Positions 1-13,000 are shown, numbered from the stretch's first letter. The stretch: DNA of 64,000 bases from Fimbriosthenelais zetlandica (GCA_977030845.1 OZ365113.1:32612001-32676000), one strand, 5' to 3'. A program made the numbers and translations. Notes: a model not told the origin generated them from the sequence alone.

Positions 1-576
1 ATCAGAGCAATCTAATAAATGACATAGCCTTGTGGGCCTCTAGAACAATATCTACCATCTTATGAGTAACCATCTTTCTATTCCATTGCCTCTGCCCGAC
101 CCTCTTCCCCTGCGTAAATATAGATTTAATTGAGGTGTACATCAAAAGGGATCTGATTTATAGGACAGCAAAGCCATGGCGTCTGCTACACATGGTAGGA
201 GGGTGAGATAACTAGACGTTCTAATCCAGGAGAGCAGCCGGCGCCAGAGGATTATCAAATAGCCGGAGGAGATTTTCCAATTTAGATATTGATAATTGGA
301 GTCTTTTAAGTTGAGGACATGTCCCAAAGAAACCCTGTAATCTTGCACCAAGACTGAATGTGGGAGAAATCAATGCTTCCCCGAGAGGGAAGGTACGAGG
401 GTAGCATCATACTAAAGTGGTTTAATTAAATTCCCATATAAACATGGATATCATGTCCAATTGTCTATACGATACCATGAGTATTTAATGGAAAAAAGGT
501 TCTTAATTTTACTGTTCTCATATTATTTTTCACAGGGCGGCGTTGGAATTGATGAAATAGAAAAATGAGTAAATCG

Positions 577-801
577 CCTTCTACACTATACCGATTTATG
601 ATCTGATCAGATTAAAATCTGACATGCAAAATCTGCCCCCAAATCGCCTCACATCTGACATGCACAGATCTATGAGAGAATCATCCCAATCATGTTCTTA
701 TCTTCATCCACATTATGCCGATTTTTAATCTTACTTCAATTTGATCTGATGAGATAGTTAAGATTGTGAAATCGCATCCCAGATCGGTGTAGTGTAGAAG
801 G
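577..801. mobile_element. ~225-bp MITE with 21-bp terminal inverted repeats (superfamily uncertain, Harbinger-like ends)
   Basis: 577-597 CCTTCTACACTATACCGATTT pairs at 19/21 with the reverse complement of 781-801 (CCTTCTACACTACACCGATCT). Internal duplicated ATCTGACATGCA. No clear target-site duplication. Confidence 0.65.
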
Positions 802-2199
802 ACAATCAACAGGTTTTTCAATACATTCAGACACAAGATAACCATGACTATAAAGATGTTCAGAAAAAGGGCAACAGAGGAAGAGAGGAAGGGTGTGGGA
901 GATGGGAGAGGGAGAGGGGAAGAGAGAGAGTAGGGAAAGATCAATGCTGTGTGTGTGTCATCACAGGGAAGACCTTCTAGACAAGTGAGTAAAGCTATGA
1001 TGAAGGAGAGGAATTGGCTGGTGGTGTTTAGGGCCTGTAGGTGCTATGGCTGGTGGTCACCATTGATTGAAGGAGTGGGTGTGGGCGCGCAGACCGGCAG
1101 GAGGAGACAAGTCATGCAACTTCTACGATGTCTACACACATTTAGCCGACACAGGCTGCTAGCCATTTCCCGGACATTTCCTGACCAGAATCACTCTTTC
1201 TCTGACCTTTTTTCTTGCTCAGGAGATAATGTCCACTCAGCATAATTGACATGAAGAGGCTCCCCAAGAAAAACATGGAAGGGAAGAAAAAGCAGGGGGT
1301 GGGTGGTGGGTGGGTGTAGGGGATACAGCTCAGTGAAATTTAAAGTGGCTCCTATCTACAGGTACATAGAGAAAATAGATTTTTTTTTTTATCTCTTGAG
1401 AAATTACTCTTTTTTGGTTCCCATAAGCATTGAACACACATTCTCAAGAACGTGAATGCAGTCAATATAAATATAATTACACAAAACCATAACATTTTTT
1501 CTATAAAATCAGCCCTTACATGTATTCTATAAAAATGCTACCAAATTATACCAATTTTCCCACCACAAAAAATGATCAGCGTTTTTTACAACAACCAATG
1601 AGATGGGTTTTGGTCAAAAGATACGCGAGATCCCCGTTATAGAATTTCACGCGAGAAGATTCATTTCACCAACTACAATTACACCTGACTCAAGAGTTAC
1701 AATTCCTTCAGTTTTCACATTCTGAAAAATTATCAAAATTCGCGAAACAACTAAAGTTGTGATTTGTAACCACCGAACGCTTCATGCGGATGCGAGAAAA
1801 TTTAAAGTCAGAACATACAAAAGGACATATTATAATTTTGTTCTTTTTGAATTTGAGTTTATAGAAGAGGAATGTCTGAGCTTCGGGGTAGGGTAGTAAG
1901 TGATGATTACGTTTTAACACCTTCTTGCCTATAGTCTCATTTCCCCCTTTTTACAAACCGCACCTACGGTGATCTTCTAGCCCACGACATTTAGAGAATG
2001 CTCTATAGGATATGGCAGCTAATTGTCTCCGTCTATTTAGAGCTTTTCTTAAATGTCACACTGATGCAAATTTCACCATTTCACCATAGACGCTGACGAA
2101 AGGGACTGATTAAAGTGCCCTTTGAAGGTCTCAGACTACTTTGTATTTGACTCCATCTGAAGCCTCCTCCCCTTATAAACTCTGAAGATTTGGAAACAA

Positions 2200-4600
2200 A
2201 TAATTGGATAGACTAGCTCACTTCCCTCTCCTGTGAGTAGAAACCTGTTACCGGGTAAAAGAGCAAAACGAACCCTTAATTGTTTCTATAGCAACCGTTC
2301 TAGGGTCGTATTCTCAGCCACCCCTACCTCGATTACAAAGGGAAAAAATAGACAATTGGATTACAATTCCAAAGTTACTTTCCTCGGTACATCGAAGGCA
2401 GTGCCCATAAAGCCTATTAACAGGGCTGAAAACAAATAGGGAAACCTTGATAATTACCTTTAAAGCCACTTGGTTTAGGTTTCCTAGTCACGAGCAGGGG
2501 AGGGGATAGGAAATAAACCCAAGAATTATTCTCATAATAACCTGATTAGAGTCAGATTCCTCGTACAGGTTTTGAGTAAAGACCACACCCAACTACCCAA
2601 CACATAAATATCTGGTCCTCACATGTAAAAAGCAACATATTCCAGCTAGATTGTCCTCGCTGAAATCAAGCTTGTATATAATAGAAGGTTGGCTATTGCT
2701 GAAAGAGTTTAATGTCGGCATTGAAAGGAAAAGGAGAATAGAGAGGGTCATTGCTTGCCACCGTTAAGGCTGCTTATCTGCGAGCCTCAGCCCTAAGTGG
2801 ACGGTGCCAATACCAAGAGAATAGGCAATCAAGGTACCCAATGCCCCAGAGACAAAGCTCTTTGTATTATTTAAACTTATGCCTTATCGCTGCTTTGAAC
2901 ACGGAGCATATCGCCTGCACACGGCACCGATCTTCTCTTGGACAAACAGTCGGGTCCAGTTACCCCAATCATGAAAAAAAAATTCAACAGCATTTTCCCC
3001 ACTATTTTGTTAAATAATATTAGAAAAGAAATGTGATCATGCGACACCGTTGGCGCTGAGTGAACACATTGTAGGGAGAATTACCATCTGGACGATCATT
3101 CTTTTTGCATGGTTTTCAATTGGGAAAGAATTTTTAGAGTCAATTTGATCAGTTTGATCACTGCTACTGGTCGAGGTCATCATGGCAGCCGATCCCCACA
3201 GGAAATAGTTACTGAAATGAGGCCTTTACGTACAACACTAGGATCTGAGCTTAAGTAGAGCCAGGCCAACTAAAAGGAATGTGTCAAATATTACAGAGCA
3301 GGTTGGGTGTAAGAGGACAAGAGGTTGATATACGTATGTGGAAATTAAATTAGATTCTACATAATTCATATGCATAGGTCTATTCTTAACATTTAGGATT
3401 TCATGAACTTAACTACAGGAAGTTTTTCTTATTTAGTAGGTTGCTAAATCGTTAATTACAAAAAGAAAAATGGTTTCTCAAGGGTATAGTCTATTCTTTT
3501 TGGGCCTAAAACATCCATTTACTGGCCTGATCAAGAGGAGTCAGTCCTTTAGCTTCTGGTACAAGCCTGGGCTGGGAGACCCTGATAAGCACGAGTAAAG
3601 GAATGGACAGCTTTTTCTTACATTAGGAAGGAAACGCTGGTATAACGGGTAGACAGGGCTGAATGTATATAGGCTATATATGGGGAGGGCACGGGGAACT
3701 TAGTACAGTTTGAGTTAATATTTTTTTGCCTAAATGAATGCATTGATAGATTCCATCCAAAGAAAGATTGCATATTGGAAGTAAAGTGTTAGAGGAAGAA
3801 CGAATGAGGGTGGAAGTAAAAGGGGCAAAGAATAATGGGTAATTCAAGTGAGATGAATGAAAGAAGGAATATGGGTTGATTCAATATCGTCAGAACGGGG
3901 ATGGCCCTTATCAAACCCGAATCCAAACTGATGGAAATATCTAGCAGATTGGAGATAAAATGATCAAACTTGACATTCGCAAAAATGTCACAGACAAGGA
4001 GGTGGATGTTGACGTTGATGAATCGCATTAGCTCCTCAGGGGTGTCTATAGGTCCTATGAGGTACTTAACATTTGAGAGCACCTAATTGTAGGGTCGGCT
4101 TTTCCATGCGGGACAGGTAGATAATAGACAAGGGAATGGTTTTGACATTACTTTGTTGTTACTTGTTACAGTCGATCTCTTCACAACACAATACATAATA
4201 CCTCTCATTAAGGTGCTAGCTAACAGCCCCGCAAAGCAATGGGTGACAGCATCAATGGCTAGAGAAGCAATGCCTTTATTCTTTTTTCCTCAAAAAGCAA
4301 TTACCGCCTGTCAAGAAGGTGAACACAACCTAGCCCAAGGCTTTTGGCATTAGAACTTCCTTACTGCTACAAGAAATTGAAAAGAGTGAGCTCAGTTTAC
4401 AGAAGGAGTGCCTAATCCTTCCATGCACTACAAATTCCCTCCCAATGCCTAGTGCCAAACAAAAATATCAAATGTCAAAGAGACTCTTTAAATGCTTCGA
4501 CCGTTTTCAAAAGTGCAGGCTGGAAGAAGTGGCAGCCATTGACTTTTACAATCTCCATCGCCAAACTCAGGTTTCTATAGCTTCAATCTTTGATCACTTG
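2200..4600 (-). mobile_element. Heavily decayed LINE (CR1/L2-like) with APE endonuclease remnants; boundaries approximate
   Basis: Frameshifted minus-strand fragments in the expected order resemble endonuclease motifs: GKKNKGIASL (GGGVA), IGPIDTP (IYRPP), NVNIHLL (DFNIDLL), LDSGLIRAI. A possible RT motif (GTAFDVPR) lies near 2370. Confidence 0.4.
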
Positions 4601-4787
4601 CTATAGGAGATTAAGGGTGGAGGGAGATTGGGGAGTAGGTCCAGGAGAGGGAATGTTTCATAAAAATTAATGCTGATCACAGATATTCAAATATACATTT
4701 CGAATGTTTGGAGTCCTGGATATTTACTTTACCAATGACAAAAGTCTGGAGAAGGAGAGTATTTACAATTAAGCCATGAGATCTATC

Positions 4788-5024
4788 TCATTTGAACAGA
4801 AGAAATGGCAATACTGGAATTGGAACATTTTTATGAGGCATTCTCAGGAGGGAGGGAGTGAGAGGAATGTTATTGGTCCATGCCTTTAGATTCATCCTAG
4901 ACTCATACATCTTTTTGATGATCAAAACTTGCAGACACATTACAGAGTTAAATATAGGGAGAGGGTCCTTGCCTTTGGTGTTGATTAGAGATCGTGATCT
5001 TTGAGCTGGTCTGATTCTGTCCAA
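4788..5024 (-). mobile_element. Decayed LINE ORF2 C-terminal fragment (CR1/L2/Crack-like)
   Basis: PLPIFNSVMCLQVLIIKKMYE resembles the post-RT motif of the type PLFKxLxILxxxDIYK. Confidence 0.3.
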
Positions 5025-5274
5025 TCATCAGACTTGGTCTTTTTTTCACTCACATCTAGACCTGGTACCGGGTCACCCTATGATTAAAATCTCATGTCCG
5101 GCCAGCTAAATATATATATCTTAAGATCTAATCCATATTCAAAAAATAGTAAAAAATATTTTGCTGTTTGATCCTGAAGAGGAATTGCATGTGAATATGT
5201 TTTTCTCGTGATAAAATCAGTTGTAATTCTTCCCCGAATTTTCATGGAGATGTCAGATATGGTGAGGTACTTAC

Positions 5275-5330
5275 TCCTTGGCCAAGGATCCATTCCAAGC
5301 CTCAATTCTCGTGACATCCCTCAGTGCAAA
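5275..5330 (-). CDS. NSMAF: NSMAF/FAN homolog, coding exon 4 (FALRDVTRIEAWNGSLAK)
   Basis: Acceptor TTTTTCTCTTACAG and donor GA|GTAAGT. 56 nt, phase 0 to phase 2. Continues PILK with FALRD, matching human PIIK-IPLRD. The preceding intron is 4966 nt. I did not find the next exon within the window. Confidence 0.85.
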
Positions 5331-8300
5331 CTGTAAGAGAAAAACCATAACATGTGTTATCATAGGTAGATTGCAAACCCTGAGTGATGTTAAAAATCCT
5401 TTTACAAGAAACATAACAGATTATGACATATTTGAATCAGGGAAAATATAGAACAAACATAGTCAAGATCCAGCTTTGAAAACCATAGGGTTGACTGACA
5501 TGTTACGAGTGCTTGATGGATGGAAAGAGAAAAAAATCTAGGGAATAAAATCGCCCCTGAGGATTTCATCCACAATCGCAGAAAGCAGTCAGTCACAAAA
5601 TACTACTAATGCCAACCCGTACGTCTTATGCCTGATGCAATCAATTCTATTTCATTACTTAAAATATTTCAAAAAATCATGGCAGCCGGCTGGTGCTGGA
5701 GGGGGAAAGCACATTAATTCTGTCAATACGTTGCTAGGTTTTATCACTTAGCTCGGCTATTCTCTCACACTGGCCACTGCTCGTAACCGTACAAGCTGAA
5801 GCGATCTAACATTTTCCCCCAGCTTAAATACAATTAAGCTCCAACCGACCAGTCTAATGGTATTGTTGGTAAAACAAGGCCTCCATTTGATGCCATAGAG
5901 AACCCAATTTCATGCCTAGGCATTAGGAGAATGCGTTTAATTCCAATGAATAAAATTAAGCCTGGGTTTTATCAGTAATTGAGTTATGAAATCTTGATGA
6001 CTGTCAACTAGGCAAAAGGGATTGGTAAGTCAAGTCTGTGATGCAGGCTTATGTCTCGATGGAATGAGGCAAAGCTTTTATGATGGCCCTTGTATACATA
6101 AAAGCCCAGCGTCTGACTTAAGATAGTCTAAAACCCCTGTTTTATTTAGGTTGATAAGAATGTCCTAAAACTCCCCAAAAGATACATATTCACTATTTTC
6201 AACTTCAAACTCAGTAGGGAATATGGTCCAATCATGGCATGTTATGTTCCATATATACTATCTGAGAAGAAGGGACATTTCGCACCTCCTTTTCCTCCTT
6301 TGATGATAGAAATCCTTTATTCTGAAGTAACGTTCAGTCATGGAGATAATTAAGACCCTCGGATTTCCAGCACACAAACACATTTCCTCTTATTCTCTGA
6401 TGTAAAGAATAAAAACAACAAAGGACAATAATACACGCCAGTGTCAGTATCACATGAACCATTGGACAGCAGTCCTCTCCCGAGAAAGAAAGGAAAAAGC
6501 TTGCCAATCTTTTGCCTAAAGGAGTGAGAACATCCTTGGGAAAAGAAGATATTCTAATATGACCGGGTATTGTCATTTATATGTATAAAGAAATGGGTCA
6601 GGAAATAAAAAAAAAAATAATATACATATGTATCACACATATTAATCTGAGAGCTCAAAAATAGCTTCACAAAGCAGTCTTGCCTTAGACCTAAGATCTA
6701 GTACATGAAGCACAATGCTTCTGTGCTTTGAACTGGAGGTTTTCTCTGAACTAATTGTTATGTACACGTTGGACGACAAGGTTATAGGGATGTACGGTCG
6801 TAAAGAAATTCATCCCACATATATTTTAATAAATGTAAAATGTCGTCAATCCAAGGAAGAAAATATGCAAGAGAAACAATACAAATGGCAAAAATCGTAA
6901 AATTACTAATAAAGAATAATAATTAAGTGAGCCTGAGGACGAGCCCAAGGATAGGAAAAACAAACTACATATTACGTGAGTAGGGTAAGTGATTTTCCAT
7001 AAATGATTGTCTCCGAGTAAGAGCCAATTAATAGGTTGTATAGTTGAGTCTATTACACAAAGATATAAATTACAGACCTTATCCCTTTTTTATGATTAGG
7101 AAACTGACATGCGTTTAATAAGCTTTCTCCATAAGTCAAGTACATGGCATGTCCCTGTCAAGGACAATACCTTCCCTTCCGCTATCTCTACCTCCCTTAT
7201 TTTACATTTTTATCTCTCTCTTATAACTCCTATACTATCTGTCTGTTGAGCTTCTATCTGACTCGTCTATTTAACTCCTGTCTGCCAATGTATTTGCATA
7301 ACCTTGGGTCTTCCAAGAAGCCCTGAACATCAAGAATGCCCCTGTCCGTCAGTAAATCTGCCTACTAGTCTGTCTGTTTAGCTCCTATCCCTCTGCCTGC
7401 TCATCTCTCATGCTGATAGGTAGGATCCCTTACCACACCCTCTAATGGCAGCTAAACACCCGGGGATCAACCGGAGATCCTATAAACACCAGTCAGGTCT
7501 CCAATTACTGGCACTGTGAATAGGCGAGCCAGGCTCCAGTACACACATATCACCTCCCAATCCTCCCTCTCCTCCCAATCATGCACAATGTTAATGACTA
7601 ATGACTGCCAGCTCTTCTTTGGTCCTCACAGAATTAGGTGTAATTGAATATCAAGTGTACAGAGATACCCTTTCTTCTATCTCAACCTCAGTCTTGTGAA
7701 GGAACCAAGAAAATCCCATTATGACGAATGTATTATTATATTCGTTGTTTCCCACAAGAAATAATCAGCCATTTTGAGAGTTGAGAGTGAAATATCCAAA
7801 TATGTACATGGAAAGGCCAAATGATCCGGAGGGCCGAGATAGTGAAGGTGTAGCCTCTAAATGGTATTCTGTCTGGTTAGTAAAAGTGTCTGAGATGACA
7901 TGGCCATTAACGTGAAGAATTAACATGGGGAAACCGTGGCTAGAGTGGCTGGGCATTTGACATACTCACGCCAATCGTGCTTCTCTTCACTAGTAGATTA
8001 CTCTTGATAAAAGATCTCGCCTTTGAGGTCATTCCGGATAAGAGAGGCAATTTCCCATCCATAAATCTATATTTATTCCGCTCATCTATGCTCCCAAGAA
8101 AGTGTAACTCTCTGGGCAATGTCAGAGATAACGAAAGGATTGGCTGCTCTCACTATTTTCTCCCACTCCCTGGTTGCTGAATCTTGTAAATGGCAATCAA
8201 TGCCTGAAGGAAATCCCACAAATGACCCCTTGTACCCGCCACTATAATCAGGCTCTCTTACATGAGCTCTTACATAGCAGACACAATAGACCTACTGTCT

Positions 8301-10296
8301 GTAATATTGATTTTCTATTAACTATTTTACTAAAAAATCTGACTTTAAAACGATGGGTTTTTAGCGACAATGTTGAACGAGATCAACGATGGTAATGTAA
8401 TCTGGGTTCTCATTAAAATTCTGTCAATAAGATGAGAACAGTTCCTCTTATTTAATGACCCAAGACATGACAAATTTTAAAATAAAAATCTGGTTCAACG
8501 TGTCTGAACATCTTTAAGAAAATTGATCAAGGCATTTAATTCAGAAATGTTTTTTATACATACACCCCAACTATTGCTATCAAAGCTCATAGATCACCAA
8601 ATATCACTCTGATAATAACTTTTACAAAGGAGACAGGATGTAAAATGTTTTAAATTTGCACCACTCTGTGGAGATAGACTGAGGAGTTATCCATGGCCTG
8701 CTTCAGTCAGCCATCACTCCAAAGACTAATGAAGAAAAAACTCTCCCCGCCAACTCTCCTCACAACAGACCCATTTCTCTGGACAGCACTATAAGCCAAG
8801 GACAGCAAGATAATAAAAGCCATCAGAAAAAAATGACATGGGTACACACAGACCTAACATTGTGTGGCATAACAAATAACCATATGGCGAATACATAGCT
8901 TTCCTTGAGAGAAAACTCGCGGCTGAAGACCGAGCGCATTTGGCAAAGAATATAAACATAGATCTTCCATAATTCCATTAGCTCACTAAGCGGTAGTTGT
9001 CAAACTGTAGAAGAGTGGCTGAGAGGAGGGCTGAATGCTGTAGTGGGGAGCACTTGAAGAAGCTGGGAGGGTGGAAGTCCGTTAAATGACACTTGGTTGA
9101 TATGACAGGAGCCTACATCAACAGCTATTGATGGGTTCTTACAGGATAAAAACAAAATCCCCGAGACCCGGCTACTATATATACTCAGTAAAAGAGGGTG
9201 TGTGTGTCTGTCGGGGAGATGGGGGTGAGTTCTGCGGTTTTGAGGAACAATATTTTGACACGGAGAAGCCGAGGGTGCCAGGATCCATCAAGTTATGACT
9301 CCTATATATGAGAAAGAGGAGGCGGGGAGGAGGAGGCCTGGAGGGGAAGGAACCAAGGCGTAATGATTTCTAATCCCAACTGCCTGCTTTTCAATGTGGC
9401 CATGTCACATAGTTGGAATGAAGGGCATTCAACTTGGGATAAAGTGAAAGACAAGTATAAACAGATCCAGTGACAATCCCCGCTAGGCTCATGTCATCAT
9501 TCCATTTTGACCAGCAGGCTGGGCGTATGTCTCTGTCTTGCAGTCTGACTAACCCTCTGGCATGCGGCTTCCTACTAAATGACATGGTAAATCACAAGAA
9601 CAGGGAAAGTGGTATTCACAAAGAAAGTTCTATTTCAAGTGACGACTATATTTAGTCAGCTCCAGACCGACTTCCCCGATGATTTTGCAAGTGATTCCTG
9701 CGCACATATTTCATTCACATGCCAATCCTTTTAGACTGTTCAGAAATATATGTTAGTTTGTTCATACATTTCATGACTATTTGCTTATTATCATGACTGT
9801 CCATATGGTGGCCGTCTGTTTGGCTATATATACAGTGGTCTGATATTATGTATTAGTATATATTATGTCTTTTTAAAGAGCATCACACCCAATGAGTGAG
9901 GAGAATACAGGATTTAGCCCTGGTCTGATGTATGTTTCTATGACAGGACCTAAATGCCAACAGTTATGACCAAGCTTCTGGGCAGGAATACAATGTCCTT
10001 TTAGAGACTGCTAGAACTCACTGCCGCTTGCCTCTGGCGCCACTGCCACTACTACTAATGCAATTGATGGAATAAGCGCCACACATCTCACAAATGGCTT
10101 ACAGCAGAAAGTTGTGAAATGTTACTGAGGCCAAAGTAGAAGCACAATACACAAGAACATCTTTCAAAACCGACAACAGAATTAGTACAAAGACACAGAA
10201 AGTTTCACTTCCAGGATATAACATTAATTACTAAGTCTTATTTTTTTGGCATTAAAAATTGAATGGAAAGTTAGATATTTGATCAAAAGTTGTTAC

Positions 10297-10375
10297 CTTG
10301 AGTATCGGATGTGTCAGGTCCGTTGGATCGAATAGGATTGACTTGGAGCATATTTTTAAACGCCCTCTCTGTTTA
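10297..10375 (-). CDS. NSMAF: NSMAF/FAN homolog, coding exon 3 (KQRGRLKICSKSILFDPTDLTHPILK), start of the GRAM/PH-like region
   Basis: Acceptor TTTTTTTCTATCTACAG and donor AAG|GTAACA. 79 nt, phase 2 to phase 0. Aligns with human FAN [24 protein letters not shown] (recalled). Confidence 0.95.
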
Positions 10376-10595
10376 CTGTAGATAGAAAAAAAATTAGAAG
10401 TCGATCACTAGGAGAGATAAAATTTAATATTTCAGTCGCTCAATACGGTCCTTTCTAATAGTTAGAAAAGATTCCACATGTGTAACAATGTTCAACTTGT
10501 TAGATAATAAATTATTATTGTTAGTCATGGGGACTGCTACCATGATGCCATACACTGAAACCAGCAGAGTTGTAGCTAAAGCTGATTGTCCTTAC

Positions 10596-10700
10596 CTTTT
10601 TATCGTTCCAACCTCATTCCCTCTCACTGGGGTCTGATAATAAAAGACACTAAAATCTTCAAAGTAGATTTCTCCAGGGTCGAGAAGCAACAAAGAAAAC
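10596..10700 (-). CDS. NSMAF: NSMAF/FAN homolog, coding exon 2 (FSLLLLDPGEIYFEDFSVFYYQTPVRGNEVGTIK)
   Basis: Acceptor CCTTTTCAG and donor AG|GTAAG. 105 nt, phase 2 to phase 2. FSLLLLxxxExYFE is the conserved FAN N-terminal motif. Confidence 0.93.
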
Positions 10701-11037
10701 CTGAAAAGGTCAGTTTTACTTTTAGATGTTAGTCAACATGATCGCTAACTTTTAGTACTAGTCAATTAGCCTACCTTTTAAGTTGAGCATTTAATTAGTG
10801 AAATCTCCTCTACAAGTCAAATGTTGGGTGTTTTAACAAATTTTAACATCTAAATTTCATAGACAATAGGCATGAGAATAAGAATTTGAAAAGGGTTTTG
10901 GTGACTGAGAAAACCATATTCTATTAACTAATAGGCCTACCCATAGGCCTACCCATAGATAATAGTCTACTATTATCTATGGCCTAGCCTATACCATGGG
11001 CAGGCCAAAAATATTAGTGTTTTACTTTTAGACCTAC

Positions 11038-11078
11038 CTTTCTTTTCGCGGTGTACCAGCCTCCTCAAGAAAAGCCAT
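11038..11078 (-). CDS. NSMAF: NSMAF/FAN homolog, coding exon 1 (MAFLEEAGTPRKE-R)
   Basis: ATG at 11078. 41 nt ending at the donor AG|GTAGGT (phase 2). Splices in frame to exon 2 to give KERFSLLLL, matching the FAN N-terminus (human MAF...KERFSLLLL, recalled). Confidence 0.88.
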
Positions 11079-11595
11079 AGAGTTGTTTTAAATATTAAGA
11101 ACCACAGAGGTCCTCAGTTCTTAAATAGATGCTGTCATTAACTTCCTTCACTTCGTTTTCACTGAACAGGCGTCACCCTCCTCCATTCACTCACCTGAGG
11201 ACGGTGTGAGCGAAAATAGGGGATTCGTCAATTTACAGTTATGATTGTGAATTTCTTAGCAAAAACACACCAAAATATCCCTTGAAATGGGAAGAGTTAT
11301 ACTTATTTGACTCGTTTCTGATGTTTCACACCATTAAAAGCTAATAATCGATCTTTGTATCACTCCCGTTTCCTTGTTTCTTTCAGAGGCGGTGGTGGAC
11401 GAAAATGGTAAAAGTAGACCCACGGTAGCCAGGGCGGCGTCATAACCCGATACCACGCCACTTGAAATTTTATTTGGCCTATCGCACAGATATTTGGGGG
11501 TATTTAAACGCAATATTTATATATTATTTGGGATTTTATATTCAAAGTATAGCTAGAGTAGGAATTTGGTAAAATCTAGCAGATTAAATCTATGA

Positions 11596-11900
11596 GGCGC
11601 CCCCGAAAAGCCAGGCCAGGCAGGTGCCACGTGGCGGGAGCGGGCCCGGGGCGGGGTGGGGTGGGGACGGCGACTCGGCTCGAGTCAGATTTAGGCCTAG
11701 AAATTTTCTTGCGAATATTTCGTCCCAATTTACCCCTAAAGATAAGTCTAGGTCTCATGAAAATATTTTGGGCGCAAGCTGGCAATTCAGCGAATAGGAG
11801 GCCTAGCAGAGGCTTTTCCCCGTGACACCACCTGAAACTGGGCACTTCCGGCGGCGACTTGATTGAAGACTAGGCCGTAAAGGATGGATAACACGCGGTA
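11596..11900. promoter_or_regulatory. Shared bidirectional promoter core between NSMAF (-) and FKRP-like (+)
   Basis: GC/CpG-rich island in an AT-rich background. Palindromic E-box GCCACGTGGC (11626-11635) overlapping an E2F-like GGCGGGA (11633-11639). GC box GGGGCGGGG (11648-11656). ETS-type ACTTCCGG (11844-11851). Lies between two divergent start codons (11078 and 13216). Confidence 0.7.
11845..11897 (+). other. Putative first non-coding exon of the FKRP-like gene (5' boundary uncertain)
   Basis: Strong donor CGCG|GTAAGT at 11898, just downstream of the ETS motif. Confidence 0.5.
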
Positions 11901-12780
11901 AGTGTTTCACAATGTGATAAATTACAGTGAAAAGTGTGTAAGTCTGAATTAGTGATAACTTAGGTAGGCCTACAGGCTATGTTTTCGTTAGGCCTAGGCC
12001 TAATTGATAGCCTTTAGAACTGCTCACCCAGCGTCCAAGATCATGAATTTCTGCCAGGTCACGGCCATTGGCCTGATTGTTGGCACATGTTGACACGAAT
12101 CCTCTCCGGAAAAGGAAGATTTGTCTTGATAGGCCTAGGCCTATATTGACAGAAATTGAACAGTGTCAAGAAAAAGCAATAATTTAACAACAAATTGCGT
12201 AGGCCTAGACCTTTAGGCCCTACCGGTAGGCCTACCGGTAACATTTTTGTGTCATCTTAATATCTTATTAGGCCGTTACATCAAGGACCTCGAAATTCGA
12301 GAAAAAGGGTTGGGCTACTTTTTCAGATTGTCCTCCTTGAAGATAGCCTAGGCCTATAGCCTATCTCCTTGTGGCTATGATGCATTTCCTAAAGGTACAC
12401 TCAAATTTACCAACAATATTGGTGATGATTAGTTTAGGCTACACATATGCATAGTCACGTTGGCCATGTTTGTCTGAAACGTACTGGAACTTTTTTTAAT
12501 TTTCAATTTTGAATCTAGGCGTTTTGAACAAGCTTTGTTAGTTTGTGTGACGGTCTATAACGGTATAATCAGAGTCCTTAGTCCCGATGATTCAATGTCC
12601 ACTAAGTTTAGGTGGGGTCTCCCATGACGTTCCCTAAGGCTAGCCTACCTTAAGTTCCTATCAAGTTCCTCAAGTTCTAGTATGATATATATAAAGGCTC
12701 ACTATGGATTTTCATAGGTATAGTAGTGTCAGGTAACCGGAAAGACTAAGTTTTGTCTTGGCCTTATTATTATCTGACAG

Positions 12781-12825
12781 AAAACCAATACATGAATTGG
12801 GCAATACCTGTTCATGAAGCTCTAG
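12781..12825 (+). other. Putative 45-nt internal 5' exon of the FKRP-like gene
   Basis: Pyrimidine-rich tract ending CTGACAG at 12780 and donor CTAG|GTAAGA at 12826. Contains an ATG at 12792. Confidence 0.5.
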
Positions 12826-13000
12826 GTAAGAACTATTATTGTTTGGGGCACTCGCTGAGAGGTTTTTGAAAGTAGGCCTATGACCTGGCACTCATTGATT
12901 TGGATTGGATTGAACTGGATTTGGTGCAGGTTATTTTTAGACCAAGTTCGCCGCTAATTTCAATTAAAAGTGACAGGGTAGGTTGGGTGGGGAGTGGGTT

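Noticed and set aside
1686-1722. Possible NSMAF exon 5 (NVKTEGIVTLES)
   Set aside because: Joining it to exon 4 in phase 2 gives an immediate stop, and the donor (GTGTAA) is weak. The other acceptors I tried in 1-5274 gave no FAN-like peptide.
10297-10351. Alternative reading MLQVNPIRSNGPDTSDTQ from an ATG inside NSMAF exon 3
   Set aside because: The other frame matches FAN and fits the splice phases of the flanking exons.
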